Positions 55,598 through 64,000 of a stretch of DNA of 64,000 nt are shown here, piece by piece; within the stretch, counting starts at the first letter, position 1, and the number at the start of each line of letters is the position of its first letter. Below the pieces are notes generated by a model. That model had not been told where the DNA came from and did not search any database. It worked only from the letters and a program-made list of their open reading frames with translations. Source of the DNA: Chrysomallon squamiferum (lineage: Eukaryota; Animalia; Mollusca); contig CM022671.1 of NCBI GenBank assembly GCA_012295275.1, positions 11,904,001 to 11,968,000 of the forward strand, written 5' to 3'. The translations under genes and the position numbers were made by a program.

Positions 55598-55887
55598 GCA
55601 GTCCCATTTTATTTTATTGTTAAGCTTTGGTATTAATGATAATAGATAACCCCAAACTATAAAATAATGTGAATAATTTTGTTTAACCGTTTATTTCTAC
55701 ACCCAATAGTGCACTTCAAATAATCTGTTTTTATTAGGTTCGTTGTTTGTGATGTATTCCTATCTGCATTATTAATGTAAACAAGTATAGGTAACACTCT
55801 ATGTTTTTATATATGTTAATGAGTTAAAATTTCGTTTTCTTGTTTTTGCAGCTTTACATAAATTGCAAGAATGTACCAAGCAACTGA
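52461..55887 (+). CDS. Secreted EF-hand calcium-binding protein, tandem copy A (149 aa)
   Basis: Exons 52461-52504 (signal peptide MKLFVFLSLVTFVFG), 52784-52941, 53696-53854, 55344-55396, 55852-55887 (TGA); GT-AG, phases 2,1,1,0. EF-like loops DHNTDGVVGDSE, DSHPHDLKIDHDE, DTNHDGFLDTAD, DGDMDGTVTTRE. Probable non-coding first exon ending 51989 (CAG/GTAAGT). AATAAA at ~55902. Confidence 0.9.
52987..53344. mobile_element. Probable MITE (~360 bp) in intron 2 of EF-hand copy A
   Basis: Inverted ends CATGGCGTA and (reverse complement) CATGGCTGTA, each flanked by TA. Contains a GC-rich core GGGGCCCCAGGCAGACCCCAGATCCCTCGGCC. No counterpart in the shorter intron 2 of copies B and C. Confidence 0.5.
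53870..54560. mobile_element. Interspersed repeat remnant (non-autonomous DNA transposon-like) in intron 3 of EF-hand copy A
   Basis: Intron 3 is 1489 bp in A versus 261 bp in B and 211 bp in C. It carries ATGAAACTTGGTAT and repeated TGACCTTG motifs (54189-54230) that I recognise from invertebrate non-autonomous repeats. Ends are not defined. Confidence 0.4.
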
Positions 55888-56071
55888 AGAGTGTACTGAG
55901 AAATAAAAATAAAACATATTTATACAGTTCAGGTTTTATTTTTTCTTTCTAATGGTTTCCTTAAAAAGAAATTTTAGACAGCGTTCAACTTGGATGTGAT
56001 ATAGAAAAAAGGAAGGAAATAATGCTGGAATAACAACAGCTCAGTCCTTTTTAATTTTAAATTTTTGCACT

Positions 56072-56074
<3 letters not shown>

Positions 56075-56130
<56 letters not shown>
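56075..56130. repeat. (CT)n microsatellite
   Basis: Direct reading. Confidence 0.95.
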
Positions 56131-56131
<1 letters not shown>

Positions 56132-57127
56132 AAAGAAAGAAAGAAAGAAAGAAAATAGATACATTTTTATGACTTTTGTTAAATAATGTTTTTACTATTC
56201 TAAATCTCCACAGAATTGGAATGGTAAATGAGATAGACAGAAAAGACCCGTTTATTTGTTGTTGTTTTGTGTACAGTATAAACATTCCTTTCTCCTATTT
56301 ACTTCGAACATTTATTATAAATCAGTTGAATTTACAAGCACAAAAAGTGAAAGATATTATTATAAAGATATAAAATCAAATATTTTGAATAATAATAATA
56401 CTGAATAGGCATTCAAGGACGTCTTCATTCTACATATGAACGTCGAGATAAGATAATTAAACCTAAAGGTGCGTACTGGACTAAAGAATACAAACACAAA
56501 AGGCAGGTGTTGTCTGTCAACATTTCCTATCGTTTCCAGAACTGCCAGGTAAGTTAAGAGAATCAAACTATCAGATAATTAAATATGTAAGTATACAATC
56601 ATAACGATACATTTTTCTGTTAGTGTAGCTTCATTTTTTCTTTTTCTTCTTTATTTCTTTTTCTGTGTTTGTGTATGTTTTGTTTTAATTATTTAAAAAA
56701 AAAAAAAAAGGGATATAAAATATTTGAATGACTACACTGAATTATCAGAAATATTTAGATGAATATTATTTTTATGAATTTTAGTTGTAACGACTTGTTA
56801 TTGTAGTAAAGTAGAAGTAGTAGTAGTAGTAGTAGTAGTAAGAGAAATCATAGCAGAATAGTTTCAATAAGGGAAACACTAGTAGTTATAGTAATAGTGT
56901 TAGCGTTTGTAATGAAAACGTACACTACCTTAATTATTTCTTGTCTATTTAAAACTGTTACTGACTTTTTGTACTGGCTTTTTGTGATTAAAACGTGTGT
57001 AGTTTTATAACAAAATAAATAAAAGATATATTTTTATGTGACATTCTAGTAATATATTATGAACAACAATCACGTACACGCACACACTCAAAAAGGAAAC
57101 GAGATATCTTTTATTTTATAGATGAAA

Positions 57128-57909
57128 ATGAAACTCTTCGTCTTCTTAAGTTTGATCACATTTGTATGCGGGTAAGATATTTAAAAATTTTGTTTGTGAA
57201 ATTAATTCACGCTTAAATTTTACTAATACAGTGCTTTCGTTTTATTAAATACTTGTGTTTGATATAAAATAATTAAACGCTTTACTAATCAAAATATGAC
57301 CAACTTGTCGGAAAGGAGCATGATCGTAAATCGGTGACTGTCTATATTTGAAGAAATTACATTTAATAATTCTGCATATCGTAATAATGTGCGTGGGTAA
57401 TGCCTTTTCGGCCTTCGTTAAATAGTCCTGTTCAATTACTTTTCTTACATAACCCTGTCTACGATAGTATGCATTTATTTCTCTCTGCAGAGGTCATCCG
57501 TACAGTTGTGTACACAATAACCACGATAAACATACAGCTGATCACGTAATTGACTGGGTCATCCGTGAAATGGATCACAATTCTGATCAAAAAATCAGTG
57601 ATTCAGAGTTCATCGCAGAATTTATAATCAGCTTTGATACTTACCCACGTGAGTTACAGATTTCTTTACTGTTGTTGTTATAAAGACAATAATAATTGTA
57701 AATAAAATTAGTTGCAAGGTTTTTTACTTATTTCAAGTTTCATTGAAGAAACCATGGAAAACAAAAAAATAGATTTCTCAGTTATTATTTTTTTGTTTCT
57801 TTGTTGATGTTTTGCTTTGTTTTAATATGTTGTTTTTTGGGGGGTTTTTGGGGGTTTCTGCTGTGAATAGTTATATTTATAAACTAAATTAATAACATTT
57901 TAGAATAAT

Positions 57910-57979
<70 letters not shown>

Positions 57980-58653
57980 AAAGACGATCTGAAAATCGAC
58001 CATGACGAGTTCATTCATCGGTGGGAGAACCATTATCGTGACGTAAGACATTTCAGTGAATACTTGTGGCTCCACCTGGACACAAACCATGATGGCTTCC
58101 TGGATACTGCTGACCTAACTAACATCATACAGGACATGGACGGTGAGTAAGAGTTGCACAGTTTTATTGCATTACGTTAATTTACAGTAATTACATAGAT
58201 AATTCCAATATTCTTTGTAAACAACAAAATAAATCTGTTCCATTGACTTATTCAGTGACATATAAAACTGGTTGACTTTAGATATACAAATCACACACAC
58301 ACACACACCTTTACTCAGACTGTTATTATACTGACATAAAGTAGTTGGTTTTTCTTTTCAAAAATCGCCAAAATTAATTAACAGTATATTAATATATATA
58401 AAGGTGATATGGATGGAACTGTTAACACTCAAGAATTCAGATGGTGGATGGAAGATGTACGTATTTTCACATTTAAACTGTTCTTATAATAATAATAATA
58501 ATACGTACATGCCTACATACATACATACACACAAACGTACATACATAGACATAACTATACAAAGGCGCATTGCTTAACTATATAATCATGTTAGGCTTAG
58601 CTCAGGGTTTTTATAATCACAATTTTATAAAAGTAAATATGAATTAGTGTGTG

Positions 58654-58687
<34 letters not shown>

Positions 58688-58861
58688 TTATTATTACTAT
58701 TATTATTATTATTTATAAAAGTAAACATGAATGTGTGTGTGTGTGTGTGTGTGTGTGTGAGTGATATTGCTGGCAGTTATTAAAATGTTCAAACAATAAC
58801 CTTGTTTTTCTTATTATGATTGTAGCTGTACGTGAACTGCAAGACTGTACCCAGCAAATGA
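57128..58861 (+). CDS. Secreted EF-hand calcium-binding protein, tandem copy B (149 aa)
   Basis: Exons 57128-57171 (MKLFVFLSLITFVCG; an in-frame ATG also at 57122), 57491-57648, 57984-58142, 58404-58456, 58826-58861 (TGA). Exon lengths are identical to copy A (44,158,159,53,36). Probable non-coding first exon ending 56548. Confidence 0.9.
57914..57974. repeat. (CT)n microsatellite at the acceptor of EF-hand copy B exon 3
   Basis: Direct reading; ends 9 nt before the exon start at 57984. Confidence 0.95.
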
Positions 58862-59219
58862 AGAATGTATTCATAAATAAAACAAAACATGTCTACATGG
58901 ATTAGGCTTTTATTTTCTTTCCAGCAGTTTCCATAAGAGAAATTATAAAATAATAAAAAAAAAAAAGGTATACTAATAGAAATATATATTCTAGATTTGT
59001 TTAAGGAAATAAACCTATTTTAAATTAAGTTGCAGTAAAACTGGTAACTCTCAATGAATTATGCAAAACATTTCAAGTGTACGTTGATAGGTGCTAGCTG
59101 TTTACAGAATAGGCACTGTCTGGAACATGAAACAGGGACAGAATTATTTTTATTGTCATATAATTTAAATCTGCCTGTCTGTCTGTCTCTCTATCTCTCT
59201 GTACTAGCAGACCTAGATA

Positions 59220-59560
59220 CATCGTAATTTCTTGCTCCAATATTACTCTAAACAGCAACAATCAATGAAAACTTCTGCTGCAACAACAACTACTGAACTA
59301 CATTTATTTTTTGTGAAATATTCCTTTAGAGATCATAAATATAACTCTAAACAAAAACAATAGCAACAACTACTACAATAACAACTACCAAGCAACAACT
59401 GATTGTTTGTGAAATCTTCTTACAGAGATCATAAATATTTGCTCTGCAACTCTAAACATCAAAGACCAACACCAACAATAACGACAAATATTACTACAAC
59501 ATCAACTAACTATTCTTGCGAAATATTCTTACAGAGATCATAGTTATTTGATTAATAAAT
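59220..59560. repeat. Degenerate ~100-bp tandem repeat (3 units) with CAA-rich spacers
   Basis: TGTGAAATATTCTTACAGAGATCATAAAT-like core at 59312, 59408 and 59517. Confidence 0.65.
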
Positions 59561-59955
59561 ACAATAACCACAACAATAACTATTAGTAGTACTTTGCTAA
59601 TAATAATAACAATAATAATAAGTATACAAACAAAATTTAAAAATTATAACAATTTTTAATTCTTATATGGATAGATAGATAGGCGAATAACACTAATGCT
59701 AATATTAAATATATTTCCGTGGAGCACACCGAATAACACTTTTTAGATATCAATAATTAATTAAAATTAATTCATACACATGGAAATCTGTCTTTGGAAA
59801 TTGCATTCGCAAAGAAACGAGAAAGAATGAAAATGGCCACCTATTAAGATTAATCCAGTTGTCTATGAAGTGAAAAGGTGAACAAAAAAGGAGAAATGTT
59901 TATTAAGACAATACATTCTAATGTACATTAATAAATGTCAGGAATGTGATTTCTT

Positions 59956-60276
59956 TATATAAATTAGCAGCAAGAAGTCTTAGAGTTGAACTTCCCGGTG
60001 AGTTATAACACATATAGCAATATTTGTGGAACGTTGATTAGAAATGTGAAATAACTTTTTGAAGACAGTCTACCACTGAGGAATAGTCCTATCCAGGGGG
60101 ATGTTTAAATCAGGTTAAAGGACAGACGTGTCTTCCCACAACAGTGGTACAGATATTGAAGATTAAATTAGGTTATGACACAGCCTTGTATTTCAGCGTG
60201 AAAACAACATATGTTTCTCGGGCGAGTGCTAGATAAATATAAATACTTTTTCTTAGAAGTCGCTGGTTCAGGCCAG
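59956..60276 (+). promoter_or_regulatory. Two candidate TATA promoters with very short non-coding first exons for EF-hand copy C
   Basis: TATATAAA 59956-59963 is followed by donor CCG/GTGAGT after 59997. TATAAATA 60238-60245 is followed by donor CAG/GTTAGT after 60276. Confidence 0.4.
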
Positions 60277-60679
60277 GTTAGTTCTTATTATGTTGTTATA
60301 TATATCTATATATATATATAAGAATACCGTACAACATTTCTACTGTACGTACAATGTATGCGGTAAATGTAATCAACAAAATACCAAAATATGATATGAT
60401 AGCTCACCAAAACTGATAACAATAATTTTTAATTAAATTAATTAATTAATTAACTAATTTATGTATTTATTTATTAATTTTAAAGAATATTAAAACTGAC
60501 AATCTTCAACACTCTTAGATGTTATTATTATTCTTTGATCGCGATTAGTTTTATTAACCGCTTAAATTAAATGTAATAACTTCATCTATGGTTTTGTCTC
60601 TTAAAATATTTGATTGAAATTCTGTCCAGTAACTTATAATTCTTGTATATAAAGTGTATTAGGGTAAGAGAAGATAAAA

Positions 60680-61181
60680 ATGAAGCTATTCATTCTTCTG
60701 TTAGTCGTGGCCATTGTTTATGGGTAAGTATATTCTTAATGTTACCTATAATGATGTAAATGTTTTGATGTATAGTTAGCAGTGCAACAGTTTGTGTGTG
60801 TGTATGTTTATGGTTCTGTGTGTGTGTGTTTGTGTATGTGTGAGAGAGAGAGGCGGTTTTGATATGTTTTACTTTTAATAATTAATATGTTTAAACAGTT
60901 ACTGTAAAAATTAATTTTTGGTTTGTGATGCATTTAAACAATGATTCTATGTTTAAATTATATAATGTACATAGAGAATATCAATACTCCTGTATCCATA
61001 ACAACCACGACAAGCGTACATCAGAACACGTTATCCATATGGTGCTCACCGACATGGATCATGACGACAACGGCGAGATCACTGCTATAGAGGTTATGGG
61101 GACATTCATCGTCGACTTTGACCGCAATCCAAGCATGTATCATTGTTATCATCATCATCATCAATATTATTGTTGTTATTA

Positions 61182-61221
<40 letters not shown>

Positions 61222-61498
61222 TAAAGAGTATTTAAAAACAGTTAGAGAGGCTGGATACAAAATATCTCTGATTTTGTAATAATTTTTTTTTTTTAAACCT
61301 AGAATGTTTTACATAATCACTTGATCAGGCTGCATTCATGAGATATGATCATTCATGTTTAGTGCTACTTCTGGGACTATTTCCTGTTGTAGGTACAACT
61401 AGTTAACCAAAAGCTGTTATCTCCCTTCTATTATCTGCAGCTAATCGACAATAAAAGTTTAGAAATTGCATTATGTTAAAACTATATGTTTTGCTTCA

Positions 61499-61529
<31 letters not shown>

Positions 61530-62333
61530 CTCTTTTTTCAGTTGATCAGAGGATTGATCATGATGAGTTCGTAAAACGCTGGGAGAATCACTACCGCGAC
61601 GTGAGACATTTCGCTACTTACCTCTTTCTTCATCTCGACACCAACAACGACCACTACATCACAACTGCAGACGTCAGCAACATACTCCTCGACATGGACT
61701 GTGAGTATAAGCAGTTTCTAATAATACTTTATAATATAATAATAATATAATGTAATAATTAATTAAATAACCAAGCAAATAAATAATTACGCGAAAATAC
61801 TATTGATGATTTATTTTAAGTAAAGTAACCGGAAATGCCGCCAAATTTCTTTCTCTGATACAATCAGTCATCTGTACCACGATGAGTATTTTACACGTTT
61901 TTACACTGCAGACGATCGCGATGGCACTGTCTATGACAGAGAATTCACCGACTGGATGCATGACGTAAGCAAATTAATTTTAAAAAGTAAATTTTTACAA
62001 AATGTTTTAGTATGGACCGTAACTGTTGAAATAATATTAAAATTTGGGGTGTTTCCTGCTTTTAAAATCTGGCATAATTAAAATTATTGTGTTCGATATG
62101 TAAATAATAAAGAAATGAAGAAACCAAGAAATGAATATAGCATTTTTTGCTTCTACAACAGCAATCTAATTAAGAGACGAGTTAAGGAAAAGTAATTGTA
62201 ACAATATATTAAAAGAGAATTTATTTTGGCTCTGTTTGTAGATGTTTTATTCTACTGATTATTAATAAAAATAAAACTTTTTTTTATTTTTTTTTATTTT
62301 TAGCTCTACACCAATTGCAGGATTCCAAGATAG
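60680..62333 (+). CDS. Secreted EF-hand calcium-binding protein, tandem copy C (147 aa, most divergent)
   Basis: Exons 60680-60723 (MKLFILLLVVAIVYG), 60975-61132 (GC donor), 61542-61700, 61912-61964, 62304-62333 (TAG); lengths 44,158,159,53,30. Loops DHDDNGEITAIE, DRNPIDQRIDHDE, DTNNDHYITTAD, DYDRDGTVYDRE. AATAAA at 62365 and 62382. Confidence 0.88.
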
Positions 62334-62540
62334 AGAAACCGAAGATCAACAGAAGTTTAAAAAGAATAAAATATCAGTTACAATAAAGAAAAACGAAAAA
62401 CATTTCAGTGTGTTTATTTACTAATAAACTTCTTGGCATCATGTATCAAACATTAGAACCATAATAAAATTTAATCTGATAAAGGTCCCATGATTCCATC
62501 ATCCATCACAAAACAATGTTTATATTTATTTATATTTGTA

Positions 62541-63952
<1,412 letters not shown>

Positions 63953-64000
63953 CTGAAATTTATGAAATAAATTTTTAGAAATTATTATAACGGGGTTTAA

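Overview
AT-rich, microsatellite-rich eukaryotic (metazoan, probably invertebrate; mollusc-like repeats and gene families) genomic DNA with spliceosomal introns. The gene models below were assembled by hand from exon phases, because the supplied ORF track misses or misframes most exons. Left to right: (1) the 5' four coding exons of a CUX1/CASP (cut) gene on the minus strand, which continues off the left edge; (2) a complete 15-exon NUP88 gene (~724 aa) head-to-head with it, carrying a decayed DD34E Tc1/mariner element in intron 6; (3) a ~593-bp tandem duplication; (4) a cryptic multi-exon minus-strand gene for a small Ser/acidic-rich protein with no homologue I recognise, divergently paired with (5) a 9-exon CCDC63/ODAD1(CCDC114)-family gene (~540 aa) whose stop codon lies in a 32-bp minisatellite; (6) three tandem 5-exon genes for secreted, His-rich, two-Cys, four-loop EF-hand proteins (~147-149 aa) with unusual loop spacing; (7) the last four exons of NTAQ1/WDYHV1 on the minus strand. 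The strongest leads are the EF-hand triplet, the cryptic gene, and dense ATCRAT (CUT-class) motif clusters inside the CUX gene. No rRNA, tRNA or CRISPR array was seen.
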